DNA from: Centroscyllium fabricii
Taxonomy: Eukaryota
Direction: 5' to 3'
Length of the DNA: 64,000 nucleotides
Assembly (NCBI GenBank): GCA_051313645.2
Contig: JBNRSN020000009.1
Span: 98,890,001-98,954,000 of the forward strand
Part shown: positions 24,599-37,212 of the stretch, in pieces
Layout: every line of letters begins with the position of its first letter
How positions within the stretch are numbered: position 1 is the first letter of the stretch
Made by a program: the position numbers and the translations under genes
Notes under the pieces: generated by a model
Seen by the model: only the letters and a program-made list of their open reading frames with translations
Database searches by the model: none
What the model was told of the DNA's origin: nothing

Positions 24599-27487
24599 AT
24601 GGAAGGTATAATGGATAGGGGAACACAACCTAATAAAGGAAAGCAGACTAGACAGCAAAACAAGGTAGTTTTAGGACAGAGAATGAAAGGCATATACTTT
24701 AACGCAAGGAGTCTGACTAACAAAGTGGATGAGTTAAAGGTATTGGTTGACTCATGGGAATATGATATAGTAGCTATCACGGAGACGTGGCTGAAAGAGG
24801 GGCAAGAATGGCAGCTAAACATTCCGGGGTATAGAATTTTCAGGCGGGACAGGGACGAGGGTAAAAGGGGAGGGGGGGTAGCGATACTGATTAAGGATTC
24901 AATCACAGCCATTAGGCGGGTCGACCTAATGGACGAATCCTCAAACGAGGCACTATGGGTGGAGGTAAAAAATAAAAAAGGGGGGGGCACCTTACTGGGA
25001 GTATATTATAGACCACCAAACAGTAAAGGGGAGGTAGAGGATAAGATATGTGAACAAATTACGAAGATTAGTGAAAATAATAAAGTAACAATACTAGGGG
25101 ACTTTAATTTCCCCAATATCAACTGGGAGAATCAAAGTGTGAGGGGCACGGATGGTTCAGCATTCTTACAATGCAGCCAAGATAATTTTTTGAAACAATA
25201 TGTGGGGTCACCTACAAGGGGGGGGGCGGTACTAGACCTAATACTTGGGAACGAGGACGGGCAGATAGAGGAGGTAACAGTGGGGGAGCACTTCGGGGAT
25301 AGCGACCACAATTCAGTTAGTTTCAAGATTGTAATGGAGAAAGATAAAAATGGACCAGGGGTAAAAATACTTAACTGGGGGAAGGCGGATTTCAATAAAA
25401 TTAGGAACGATGTAACCGCAGTAGATTGGGGCCATCTCCTCAGAGGAAGATCTGCATCAGAGCAGTGGGAGGCCTTCAGAGGGGAAGTCGGGAAGATACA
25501 GGAGGAACATGTTCCTGCAAAAATTAAGGGTGGGGGAGACAAACAAAGGGAACCTTGGATGTCTAGGGATATATGTAAACTAATGAAGAAAAAAAGGGGG
25601 GCTTTTAACGAATATAAACGGCTAAAAACTGAGGAGGCACTAGGGGAGTATAAGAAATATAGGGGGGATTTAAAGAAGGAGATAAGAAAAGCCAAGAGAG
25701 GTCATGAGATTACAATGGCCAGTAAAATCAAGGATAACCCTAAGGCATTTTATAGTTATATAAAAAACAAAAGGATCACGAGGGAAAGGGTGGGGCCCAT
25801 AAAAGACGATAGCGGAAAGCTGTGCGTCGAGCCCGAGGAGGTGGGGGAGGTACTAAATGAATTCTTCTCTTCAGTATTCACAAGAGAGAGGGACGATACC
25901 GACATCGAAATCGGACAGAGTGTAGGGGGGGTAATTGAGGATATTACCATTACAAGGGAAGAAGTTCTAGAAATCTTGGGAGGCTTAAAGGTGGACAAAT
26001 CACCAGGGCCGGACGCAATGTTCCCCAGGCTGCTGTTCGAGGCCAGGGAGGAGCTTGCGGGCCCCCTGTCTCAAATCTTCAGGACCTCTCTCGCGTCAGG
26101 GGATGTGCCTGAGGACTGGAGAACGGCTAATGTAGTACCCTTGTTTAAAAAGGGTAGTAGGGACAAACCGGGCAACTACAGGCCAATCAGTCTTACATCT
26201 GTAGTGGGGAAAGTAATGGAAAAAATTCTGAGGGATAAAATCAGTTCGCATTTGGACAACCAAGGTCTAATAAGAGACAGTCAGCATGGCTTCGTCAAAG
26301 GTAAGTCGTGCCTGACCAATCTGTTGGAATTCTTCGAGGAAGTAACAAAGAGGGTGGATGAAGGGAGTACTGTGGACGTAGTATATATGGACTTTAGCAA
26401 AGCTTTTGATAAAGTCCCACATAGGAGACTAATAACAAAGGTTAGAGCGCACGGGATACAGGGTAACTTGGCACAGTGGATCGAAAACTGGCTGGGGGAT
26501 AGGAGACAAAGGGTAATGGTAGAGGGCTGCTTCTGTGACTGGAAACCAGTAACCAGTGGCGTCCCCCAAGGATCGGTTTTGGGACCCTTACTGTTTCTAG
26601 TATACATCAACGATTTGGATATGGGAGTAGGGGGTACAATCAGCAAATTCGCTGATGATACGAAAATCGGAAGGGTGGTAAACAACGATGAGGATAGTAA
26701 GGGGCTTCAGGAGGATATAGATATAATGGTTAATTGGGCAGAAAAATGGCAAATGGAGTTCAACCCAGAGAAATGCGAGGTCATTCAATTCGGTAGACCA
26801 AATGGGGTAAGGGAATATACCATGAACAACAAAACGTTAAATAGGACCGAGGAGCAGAGGGACCTGGGGGTACAGGTGCACAGCTCCCTGAAGGTTGCTG
26901 GACACGTTAACAAGGTGGTTAAGAAGGCATACGGAATCCTCGCCTTTATTAACCAGGGCATAGTATACAAAAGTAGGGAGGTAATGTTAAACCTGTATAA
27001 CACACTGGTGAGACCTCAGCTGGAGTACTGTGTGCAGTTCTGGTCACCGCACTACAGGAAGGATGTGGCTGCCCTGGAGAGGGTGCAGAGAAGGTTTACC
27101 AGGATGATACCTGGTCTGGCGGACCTATGCTACGAGGAAAGGCTGGACAGGCTGGGGTTGTTTGCCTTGGAGAAAAGAAGGTGGAGGGGTGACATGATTG
27201 AGGTGTACAAGATCATGAGGGGACACGATAGGGTAGACAAAGGGGCATTGTTTCCCCTGGTGGGAGAGTCAAGCACTAGGGGACATAGATTCAAGATCAG
27301 GGGGGGGAGGTTTAGGGGGGAGGTAAGGAGAAATTTCTTTACCCAGAGGGTGGTGGAAGACTGGAACTCCCTGCCTGTGAGGGTGGTGGAGGCAGGAACC
27401 ATCACAACATTTAAAAAATACTTGGACCAGCACATGAAGGACCATAACATACAGGGTTATGGGCCAGGTGCGGGCAACTGGGGTTAG
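24599..27487 (+). CDS. CR1 ORF2p (APE endonuclease + reverse transcriptase)
   Basis: 962 aa with NARS, ITETW, GDFN and SDH endonuclease motifs, GVPQGSVLGP, FADD and the RRNFFTQRVV C-terminus. Confidence 0.96.
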   Translation: MEGIMDRGTQPNKGKQTRQQNKVVLGQRMKGIYFNARSLTNKVDELKVLVDSWEYDIVAITETWLKEGQEWQLNIPGYRIFRRDRDEGKRGGGVAILIKDSITAIRRVDLMDESSNEALWVEVKNKKGGGTLLGVYYRPPNSKGEVEDKICEQITKISENNKVTILGDFNFPNINWENQSVRGTDGSAFLQCSQDNFLKQYVGSPTRGGAVLDLILGNEDGQIEEVTVGEHFGDSDHNSVSFKIVMEKDKNGPGVKILNWGKADFNKIRNDVTAVDWGHLLRGRSASEQWEAFRGEVGKIQEEHVPAKIKGGGDKQREPWMSRDICKLMKKKRGAFNEYKRLKTEEALGEYKKYRGDLKKEIRKAKRGHEITMASKIKDNPKAFYSYIKNKRITRERVGPIKDDSGKLCVEPEEVGEVLNEFFSSVFTRERDDTDIEIGQSVGGVIEDITITREEVLEILGGLKVDKSPGPDAMFPRLLFEAREELAGPLSQIFRTSLASGDVPEDWRTANVVPLFKKGSRDKPGNYRPISLTSVVGKVMEKILRDKISSHLDNQGLIRDSQHGFVKGKSCLTNLLEFFEEVTKRVDEGSTVDVVYMDFSKAFDKVPHRRLITKVRAHGIQGNLAQWIENWLGDRRQRVMVEGCFCDWKPVTSGVPQGSVLGPLLFLVYINDLDMGVGGTISKFADDTKIGRVVNNDEDSKGLQEDIDIMVNWAEKWQMEFNPEKCEVIQFGRPNGVREYTMNNKTLNRTEEQRDLGVQVHSSLKVAGHVNKVVKKAYGILAFINQGIVYKSREVMLNLYNTLVRPQLEYCVQFWSPHYRKDVAALERVQRRFTRMIPGLADLCYEERLDRLGLFALEKRRWRGDMIEVYKIMRGHDRVDKGALFPLVGESSTRGHRFKIRGGRFRGEVRRNFFTQRVVEDWNSLPVRVVEAGTITTFKKYLDQHMKDHNIQGYGPGAGNWG

Positions 27488-27941
27488 TACAGGGAGGAGT
27501 TTTCCTGGGCCGGTGCGGACTGGATGGGCCGAATGGCCCTTATCCGCACTGTAAAATTTCTATGATTCTATGATTCTATGATTAACAGTTCCAAAAAGAG
27601 AAAGCTTACAATCTTATTATCAGAGAACCTTAGTTTCAAATCTTAACTTTGCTACGGTTTTACAGTTCTTAAAGTTCTACAGGATATCCACCAAAATCAA
27701 ATACCTTTGATCCCCAAGGTACAAAGAGTTGGAGACTTACAGAGCTGCCTCTGAAGCCGAGAATCGCTTTGCCCCTTTAAAGCAATTCTGTTATCCCATT
27801 TGAGAGTTAAATATTTATACCCTTTCCCAGTGGTATTTCCTTTAAGGTTTTTTGCTGATGTAAGCTAATTATCTCTAGTCGTTTTTCTGCTGACCCCTGC
27901 AATTCTTACAGTCACCTCAGCTAGTAGCATTTCAGAATTTT

Positions 27942-28755
27942 GGGAGGGATTTTCCTCGGGCCATGAGGGCGGGTTTCCGGTGGGGCGGGGCCTAAAATCC
28001 CGAAACTGGGTGGGGTCACGGCCCCTCCTGCTGGATCCCCGCCGCTTTGCGGTTTTCAGGCGGCGTGTCCAGCTGACCCGAAATCTTCCCGCCTGCCACC
28101 GGTGGGGTTGATCGTTGAGGTAATTAGGAGCCCTTAATTGACATAGGTAATCCTATTTTAAGGGCCCCTTGTGATTTTGAAGCCCTTCCCACCCATTCCC
28201 CGCCATCCTGAAACCCCAGCGCTGAATCCCAGCAGGATCACAGTCAGCTTGGTCACTTTCACCTTCAAGGCATTGAAGGACCTACAGCAGAATGCCTTCC
28301 AGGCCTTCAACACCCTGGAGGTGTAAGTGACTCCCTTGGGTGAAGACCAGCTGTGGAGAAAACACTGAAAAGACTTACCTTGTCAGATGCTGCAATGATT
28401 CATAGAGAGACAGCCCCTCACTATGAAAGCTTTGCAGCATGTCCTTAGACCTGTCACTCAACCCACTTGGGCTTTGAGATTGGTTGCACTCCATTGTGAT
28501 GTCACAATGGACTGTTTCCATAGAAACTAACAACACACAGTCCCTAGAACTGCCAATCAAACCTTCAGCTGTCAACTGCAGCTGGCTGCTTTCCGACTGG
28601 AAATTGTGTATTGGCAGGGGCTTCCCACATGCAGGCAATTAATTGGCCAGTTAAGCCAAAATTGCGTGGGGTTCCCAGGCCCTGAAACATTCATGTCAGA
28701 AAACTGACATGCCCAAAATCCCCCAGCTTCCCACACCTTTGCGAAAATCCCCACT
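27942..28755. mobile_element. Harbinger-like non-autonomous element
   Basis: Imperfect termini GGGAGGGATTTTC / GAAAATCCCCAC and a GC-rich subterminal region. Confidence 0.45.
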
Positions 28756-29870
28756 TATGTCTCTTCTCTAGGTGTTTTAAGTTTACCATAAAAACGGTGT
28801 TACGGCAGGTGTGTTTTTTTACTTAATGTCATTTTTACGAAGGCAGATGTTTCTTACTTTTATGTGCTTCTTTATGAAGTGTAAATTAGATCACCTTATC
28901 AAGGGTGAACCATTGTTTCATTCTGAAAGGTTCAGCCTGCCGGAGCCTTTAACCTTCGGTTTCAATAAGGTTATTGATTCAGTGTCAACAACTACCTTAT
29001 CTCAATAGCCAGAACGCTTTCACAGCTTTTTCATAGTTAGGTTTCAAGATTTCCAAACCCAGTTTGTTATGTTTTAGTAAGGCCAGAACTCTTTCAAAAG
29101 ATAGTGTATTTTTCTGAATAGATTATATGGCTTATTCCTTCACAAATGCATCTCTTTCTTTCCTGCCCTCCCCTCACCACAACTCTACCATCGTGTCTTC
29201 CTCATTTCACACAACCAAGAAATCCAGTCTGCCTAGCCAGTGGTTGACTGAGAAGAGGGAGAGGAGAGTGAAGAAGAAACACTGCCACTCGATTTGACCC
29301 TCCCAGCCACCAGCACCTCGAGGTCATCCTGCAAGTTCATCTGCCATTTCCCCCACTGAAAGTCAGCAGCCTTCCACCAGCCATGCTGCAGACACTGGGG
29401 TAGCACTGCCTGACAGTAGGATTGGCAAAGGCACACATGGAACAGTCATTAATGGAATTCATGAGGGTGATTAGTTGATTTCTTGATGTCATATCGAATG
29501 GATAGATGTATAAAGTTGGACTGGAATATTTGATTTGTGGTGGCTTTTATTTCAGCATTGTGGCCAAGAGGACGCTGTGATGGTCAGTAACAGAGGGAAG
29601 GTAAGGTGCGGGACAAATGTTGTAAGGGGAATTGGGGTTGTGATCACCAGTACCTCCGGCGGATGATTCCATCCCAGATATCCTGGCCAGAAAGGGGCGG
29701 TTCGGTTGCATCCTTCCTTCCGCTTCCTCCTCTTCTGGATCTTCCTCTTCTGTATCTTCCTCTTCTGTGTAATCCACTTCCCTCTGTGAGCGAATGCTGG
29801 AAATCTGAAATAAAAGCAGAAAATGCTGGAAAAACTCAGCAGGTCAGGCAACATCGCTACCTGAGACGTT

Positions 29871-31557
29871 GGGCTCGATTTTATTAACGGAGGTGAGTTG
29901 AGGGTGAGCCTGCTGCTTGGCAACTTTCGGAGCTGCACCCGGCTGACGCTGCCCAGCATTTCGATTTTGGCTTCATTGGCCTCGTTACAGCTGACATGTG
30001 GGTTCCTTCAGGCAATTGCTTGCCGCATGTCAGTTTCTCGCGTCTTAGGATGCATTGTTTATTTGAAAATTTAAAGGGGCCATGTCCCCATTGCAAAAAA
30101 TGTCATTGGGATGGCTTGGCGCTTTATTATACTGAAAGGGGAGTTTACAGTGTCTGTTCTGAGCAAAATTATTGAATGATATTGCTGGTCATATTATTCC
30201 AGAAAGAGATTCATAATTTTTTGATATATGACTTTATTATCTGACAATGAAATGAAAAAGATGTCAGATGTGTTCCAAACATTTGCTTAGTAATATTAAT
30301 GCTTTTTTCTCTTAAAGGTGCTGGGAGCTGCAGGAATGGCAACCCCAAAAACTATGGCTGCACCCAGGTCCAATTAAGGCACTCTCCATCCACTTCAGGG
30401 AGTTAGAAGATGTCAGGAACTCCTCTTCCCTGGAAACGGAACGAGGAGGCCAAATCAGCAAACCAAGGCAGCTAGGCTGCAAATTGCTGAGGAGGTGAGC
30501 TCAAGGTCTGTGTGCAGACACACATTGGTTGAGTGTGGAAACAGATTTAATGATCTGCTGAGATCACCTAAAGTGTGGCCTCTGTGTTCTGGGACATGGA
30601 AGTTCAAGAGTGAGTGCTCACGTTGATTTCCAGATGGTGGTGACACTGAGCGCAAACCATTGTTTATTGGACAGATGATCCCTGGGGTTTGGTGAATATT
30701 GGGCTTATATTCATCTCCGTGTGCCAGCCACTTGTGGTTGAAGCATTAGCTTACGCGAATCTGGCATGGCTGAGTGCATCCCTTGTCTGACGGCCACCAA
30801 TGTGGTCGCCTGCTGCTGGATTAGACACATCTGGCCCCACAAGGCGTCACTGCCCGTCCTTCAACTCATCCCCCTCCTCATCCTCTTCCTCACCCTCTTC
30901 ATCTTCCTCCAAGGAGGCTGTGTGCTGAGCCACTTGTTTAACCGGCAGCACTAAGCCGCGCTGCTCTTCCTCCAAATCTGACGACCAGGATGAGAGGATG
31001 TAAATGGTTCCCATTCCATTGTTATAGATTTCAGTTGAGGCAAGAAGCTTGCAAGCTCACCCTCAAAGTATCCTGAAATTATTCCAATCAGTTCAAACAG
31101 CAGAGGTGTGTCAGCTTTACCAGTCACAAGGTCATTAGATTTGCAAAATATTATCCCGAACCGCCAACAACTAAGTTGTTGCATTTGAATGCCAGCCATG
31201 TTACAGGAATGCTTTTAACGTTCTGCACCCCTAATGACTACAGATTATATCCTCCACCAACTTGTCTCCTTGCAGCTGGATTGTTTCTGACAAGACAGGA
31301 AACAGGAGCCAGAGGCAAGAAAATAGGAAACCACTATGAAAATAGAATTATCAAAGCAGTTAACAGGCTCTTAACTGCCTTAACTACCTGTCCCACTGGT
31401 TGGAGTCAGGTCAGTTTGGGAGCGGCTGACCCAACACTCACAAAAATCGCATGGGGGTGGGATGCAGGCTGGTTGTGTGTCTGAAACCATTTTCTTCCAA
31501 TTTTCACAGCTGACCTGCCATCAAACCCACCTCCTCAGGGCCATTAAAATCGAGCCC
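29871..31557. mobile_element. PIF/Harbinger element inserted into a Penelope foldback
   Basis: Perfect 13-bp TIR GGGCTCGATTTTA and 3-bp TSD GTT. Myb-like remnant at ~30340-30570. The flanks (29793-29870, 31558-31625) rejoin as a pLTR foldback. Confidence 0.85.
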
Positions 31558-32050
31558 GTTAACTCTGTTTGTTTCTCCATGGATGCTGCCTGACCTGTTG
31601 AATATTTCCAGCATTTTTTGTCTTCTCAGAGGCCTTCCTTTAACATCCAAAGCCTTGCAAGTATCCAGCAGCACTCGCTGCTTCAAAAACTTTTAATATC
31701 TATTACATCAAGCCACACTTCAATAAAATATAAAAAATACAGTCCAAAATATGTGTATCCCTCTAAGAAGCGCTGCAGTGCTAAGGTAGGCAATTTTTAG
31801 GCCAGAGTCTTTACTGTATTCCCTTGTGCACAGGTCTTTATGCTGCGTGCGAACAACCCCCTTGGGAGAGGCGGGTTGTTAATTTCAATATTTTAATAGG
31901 TCAATTACAGCGATATTAACATAGGTTTTGGAGTTTAACTTTGGCTCGGGTTTCCTGGGCTTCCTGGAACTCGCCAGTGAAAGCAAGGTGAGAAGAAAGT
32001 GGCAATTGAGGGGGCTGAAGTCATGACAGGGAACTATGCCAATAAGTACC

Positions 32051-32622
32051 AATGCAAGAAGTCACAAAACACCAGGTTATAGTCCAACAGTTTCATTTAA
32101 ATCACAAGCTTTCGGAGCGCTGCTCCTTCGTCAGGTGAAGTGAAGTTAAGTTGATCCAAATCGTCGAGCAGAGGCTGATAGCCAAATTCCGCACCCATGA
32201 GGACGGCCTCAACCGTGATATCGGCTTCATGTCATGCTACATGTGACCCTGCCTGACGTAGTGTCATCCAGACTAGAGACATCTTTGTCTTGTAAGGAAA
32301 TTCCTTTTTTTTAAATAATTCTGTGTGTTTTCGCACAGACAAGAGGACTGCAGCATTTGACCCTTTGTGACTGTGCCTCATTGATCTCAGACTGATATGT
32401 TAAAATATGTTAATACACCTTTGTCTGCTCTGTTTATCTCTTTGCTAAGGCGAGATGTGGGAGAGATCAGATTTCTCTCTCCCTTGCATATGTGCTTTCT
32501 TTGGATCAACTTAACTTCACTTCACCTGAAAGCTTGTGATTTAAAATAAAACTGTTGGACTATAACCTGGTGTTGTGTGACTTCTTGCATTTGTCCACCC
32601 CAGTCCAACACCGGCACCTCTA
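32051..32622 (+). mobile_element. Penelope-like element, 5'-truncated, with inverted pLTR
   Basis: GIY-YIG C-terminus EQRLIAKFRTHEDGLNRDIGFMSCYM*. Inverted arms 32051-32160 / 32501-32591. 11-bp TSD CAATAAGTACC. Confidence 0.88.
32103..32137 (-). ncRNA. Minimal type I hammerhead ribozyme motif (Penelope pLTR)
   Basis: CAC-CUGACGA-A-GGAGC-agc-GCUCC-GAAA-GC-UU-GUG: conserved core, stem II and palindromic stem III. Confidence 0.75.
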
Positions 32623-33220
32623 CAATAAGTACCGAGTACTCACTGCTGCTTTCTTACATACTTGTGTGAAAGAGTTTGTTCACAGTACTTGTGCGGAGAG
32701 CTTACTTTGCACAGTTTGGAGGTGTCATCTACACTTTGCAGATTCGGAGTTCTGATCTGCACTTTGGAGCTCTGATCTATCATATCAGCATGGATGCTGC
32801 TTATGCTGTGTCATTCTGAACCTGAGATGAGGACCAAGCTGATAACCAACAGCGCCAGGATCACTTGCAGCACCAGTAGCACCAGCAGCACCAGGAGCAG
32901 CACAAGTATCAGGAGCACTTGCAGCACCAGGAGCACATGCAGCACCAGCAGCAGCAGTAGCACCAGCAGCACTAGGAGACACAGGGTCTACAGGCAGAGG
33001 ATAAGGTTCCTCGACATGTTGAAACATCAGTGTCTCAGGAGGCTCAGAGTGTTGTGTCAGGTGGTGGCGGACATTTGCAGTCTTCTGGAACAAGGCCTGC
33101 TTCCAGCTGGACCTGGTGGCCATACTTTATTTGTGGCTTCTAAGTCACCACCGCTTTCAACTTTTTTGCCTCTGGATCTTTCCAGAACTTGCAGCCGGCA
33201 GCACACAAATGCATAAGACA

Positions 33221-33588
33221 GGTGACACGGTGGCGCAGTGGTTAGCACTGCTGCCTCGCAATAAGGAGCTTCTGGGTTCGAATCCTGCTTGACACGGGAC
33301 CTCTCTGTGTGGAGTTTGCATGTTCTCCCCGTGTTCATGTGGGTTTCCTCCGGGTACTCCGGTTTCTTCCCACCACCCAAAGACATGCAGGTTAGGTGAA
33401 TTGGAGATACTAAAAATTGCCCATGGGTATGTGTGTGAGATATAGTTCTTAGAGTTGGGGGTGTCGGGGGATATGGGGAGAGGGTAGGAGGGGGGTGCTG
33501 GGTTTGGATGATCAGCCATGATCTCATCAAAAAAATGGCGGAGCAGGCTCGAAAGGCCGAATGGCCTACTCCTGCTCCTATCTTCTAT
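33221..33588 (+). mobile_element. Full-length V-SINE (HE1-like)
   Basis: A box tggcgcagtgg, B box ggttcgaatcc, V-domain and CR1-type tail. Confidence 0.88.
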
Positions 33589-35177
33589 CTGACTGATTGC
33601 TTCTTTGCCAGGGCTGGCAATTATGTCAACTTTACCTGCGATGACGCCAGTCAGAATGAGTGGATGCTTAGCTTTCCAGCTCTGGCTGGCTTCCCATAAG
33701 TGCAGGACATCATCGCCTGCATGCATATGGCAATTAGGTCACCCATAGATAACCCAACTATTCATCAACTGTAAGGAGTTCCACTCCAGCAATGTGCAGC
33801 TGGTGCGCAACTACAGAAGATCTTTATGCAGGTGTGTGCAAGATTTCTGGACAGCTGACATGATGCTTTTGTCCTGCGGCTGTCCACCTTCCCAAATATC
33901 TTTGCACCAGCAAGCAGAGTTACCGGCTGCCTGCTTGGAGGCAAGGAATACCCCCTTAAAACTTGGCAGCTGACACCTTTCAGAAGCCCCTGGAATGAGG
34001 CACAGGAGCAATACAATGAATGCCACATGACCACCAGATGTGTCATTGAACAAGCCATCGACATGCTGAAGATGTGCTTCAGATGCCTGGACAGATCTGG
34101 AGGTGTCCTTCAGTACACAACAGCCAAGGTCTCCAGAATGGTCGTGGTTTGCTGTGCTCGGCACAATATTGCACAGCAGCGAGGCTTGGATCTGCAGGAG
34201 GAACATGGTGCAGAGCACAGAGCTTTTTTGGATGATTCCAAGGAGGAGAAGGAGGAGGGGCAGAAGGAGGAGGAGGGGAGGAAGGAGGAGGAGGGGGCAG
34301 AAGATGCTGTGGGCAATGCATCACCAGCGGCGTACATTGCTGCCTAGGATGCCCAGGATGGCCTCATTATTGTGAGGTTCACTTAGGTTCCAACAGTGCA
34401 CCCATCTAACAAAGCTAGCTTTGCCGCAATACCCCTGCTCCCGCAATGCCATTAACTCAAAACAGTCCTGAAAACAACCAAGGCTCCCTTTCACAGCCTC
34501 CCCATTGTTCAGGGTCAATTCATGTTCTCCCATTCATCATCGCACAACAGAAAATATCACTTGCCTGCCAGCAAGCAAGAATGGGCAAGATATGAAAATG
34601 GTGCAAAATATTTATGTGTATATTTACAACTGAAACTTATCATTCTAACAATATGTAGCTACCCCTTGTGCATACCCTTGTGTGACGACAAATCTTTACT
34701 CTTCCTTTTCCTAGCACTGCTACGTAGTGCAACCCCTGTGATATGATCTGAGGAAGGGGCAGGCTGCTCAGATCCCTGCTCTGACTGTTGAGATCCTCTT
34801 TGCTGACGTCCTCTGTGTGTTGGAGCCCGTGAGGGCCCCGCCAAATATTGCTCTACCTGCACCTCTGCAGCGGCAAACTTTGAAACACGAGACAGCATGT
34901 GGGGTACTGACTGAGGGGGTGCAACAAGAGGGAGCACTTTGAGCTGAGTCCCCACTTCCATGTCCCCTTTCATCATCTTCCCTATCATGGCCCATCCACA
35001 TTTCCCTGTTAGCAATCAACTGGAGAGCACTTTACTGCAGATCACTGGGTCACTGAAAGGTCAAAGCTAGGGTATCAATCAGTCATTCTATTGAAGGTGG
35101 CATTCATAGTAAGCAAACCATTGGTGAACGCCTGCATGCACTCATTTGATTGCCGTGTTTGATGCTCCATGCAGGTC

Positions 35178-36240
35178 ATAATCTTAGTGTCATAACGGCA
35201 CAGAATGAGGCCATTCGGCCCATTGAGTCCGTGCTGGCTGTCTGTAGAGCAATCCAGTCAGTCCCATTCCCCCACACTATCACAGTAGCCCTGCAAGTTC
35301 ATTTCCCTCAAGTGTCCATCCAGCCTCCCCTTGAAAACATTGAGTGTCTCCGCTTCCACCACTTCCATCGCCAGTGAGTTCCAGGTCATCACCACTCGCT
35401 GCATAAAAAGATTTTTCCTCGCATCCCCATGTATCTCTTAAAACCTTAAATCTGTGTCCCCTAGTCCTTGTACCATCAGCTAATGGGAACAGCCTTTCCC
35501 CATCTCGCCTATCCAAACTCGTCATAATCTTGTACACCTCTATCAAATCACCCCTCAACCTCCTTTGTTCTAATGAAAACAAATCCAGCTTCTCCAACCT
35601 GTCCTTGTAGCTAAGATCCCCCATCCCTGGAACCATTCTGGTAAATCTCCTCTGCACCCTCTCAAGGGCCTTCACATCCTTCCTAAAGTGTGGTGACCAG
35701 AACTGGATGCAATATTCCAGTTGTGGCCTAACCAGCGCTTTAAAAAGGTTCAGCATAACCTCTCTACTTTTGTACTCAATACCTCTATTTATGAAGCCCA
35801 AGATCCCATATGCTTTGCTGACCACTCTCTCAATATGTCCTGCCACCTTCAGGGACCTATACACATTAACTCCCAGGTCCCTCTGTCACTGCACACACTT
35901 TAAAACTGTGTCATTAAGTCTATATTGCCTCTCCCTGTTCCTTCTGCCAAAATGCATCACCTCATGTTTCTCTGCATTAAATTCCATCTACCACTTGTCT
36001 GCCCATTCGGCTAGCCGTTCTATGTTCTGTTGCAATCGATTGGTATCATCCTCATCATTTGCCACACCCCCAAGTTTGGTGTCATCGGCAAATTTAGAAA
36101 TTGTACTCTCTATTCCAATATCCAGGTCATTTATATATATCAAAAAAGCAGTGGCCCCAGCACTGACCCTTGGGTAACACCACTGTCTACCATCCTCCAG
36201 TCTGAAAAACAGCCATTTACCACAACTCGCTGTTTTCTAT
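35178..36240 (-). mobile_element. 5'-truncated CR1
   Basis: ORF 35280..35864 is a CR1 RT C-terminus. Confidence 0.9.
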
Positions 36241-36249
36241 TTTCTGTCT

Positions 36250-37212
36250 AATGACTTAGATGAAGGGAGTGAATGTACTGTATCCAAGTTTGCTGGCGAT
36301 ATGAAGCTAGCTGGAAAAGTAAGATGTGAGGAGAGGGGTAAAGAGCCTACAAAGTGATATAGATAGGTTAAGTGAGTGGGCAATAAGGTGGCAGATGAAG
36401 TATAATGTGGGAAAATGTGAGGTTATTCACTTTGTAGCAAGAATAGAAAAACAGAATATTTTTTAAATGGTGAGAAACTATTAAATGTTGGTGTTCAGAG
36501 AGATTTAGGTGTCCTAGTACAAGAAACACGGAGAGCTATCATACAGGTACAGCAAGCAACTAGGAAGGCAAATGGCATGTTGGCCTTTATTGCTAGAGGG
36601 TTGCAGTACAAGAGTAAAGAAGTCTTGCTACAATTGGATAGGGCTCTGGTGAGACTGCACCTGGGGCACTGTGCACAGCTTTGGTCTCCTTATATGAGTA
36701 AAGATATATTTGCCTCAGAGGCGGTGCAACAAAGGTTCACTAGATTGATTCCTGGGATGAGAGAGTTGCCCTATGAGGAGAGATTGAGTCGAATGGGCCT
36801 ATACTCTCTGGAGTTTAGAAGAATGAGAGGTAATCTCATTGAAACATGTAAGATTCTGAGAGGGATTGACAGGATAGATGCTGAGAGATTGTTTCCCCTG
36901 GCTGGAGTGTCCAGAACTAGGGGACATAGTCTCAGAATAAGGGGCCGGCCATTTAAGACTGAGATGAGGAGGAATTTCTTCACTCTTTGTAATTCTCTGC
37001 CCCAAAGTACTGTGGATGCTCAGTCATTGAATATATTTAAGGATGAAGTAGATAGATTTTTGGACTCCAGAGGAATCAAGGGATATGGGATTAGTGCAGG
37101 AAAGTGGAGTTGAGGTCGAAGATCAACCATGAACTTATTGAATGATGGAGCAGGCTCGAGGGGACTTATGGCCGACTCCTGCTCCTAATTCCATTGTTCT
37201 TATGTTCTTATG
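36250..37212 (+). mobile_element. 5'-truncated CR1
   Basis: ORF 36577..37113 is an RT C-terminus, with tail (tgttctta)n. Confidence 0.9.

Larger units (their letters stand above)
23363..27583 (+). mobile_element. Full-length, intact CR1 LINE
   Basis: Two intact ORFs and an (ATTCTATG)n tail at ~27557-27583. Probable TSD ACAGTT at 23357-23362 and 27585-27590. Confidence 0.95.

Noticed and set aside
23195-29105. LTR-like sequence hosting the intact CR1
   Set aside because: It has AATAAA on - and LTR-like composition, but I could not fix TG...CA ends or a TSD.
32794-33216. Ser/Thr- or Ala/Gly-rich ORFs as host proteins
   Set aside because: These are alternative frames of the CAGCAC low-complexity start of a decayed Harbinger transposase, also seen at ~11300 and ~13200.
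34027-34347. Domesticated HARBI1 gene
   Set aside because: It is fragmented by stops, frameshifts and a SINE, so it is a transposon fossil.
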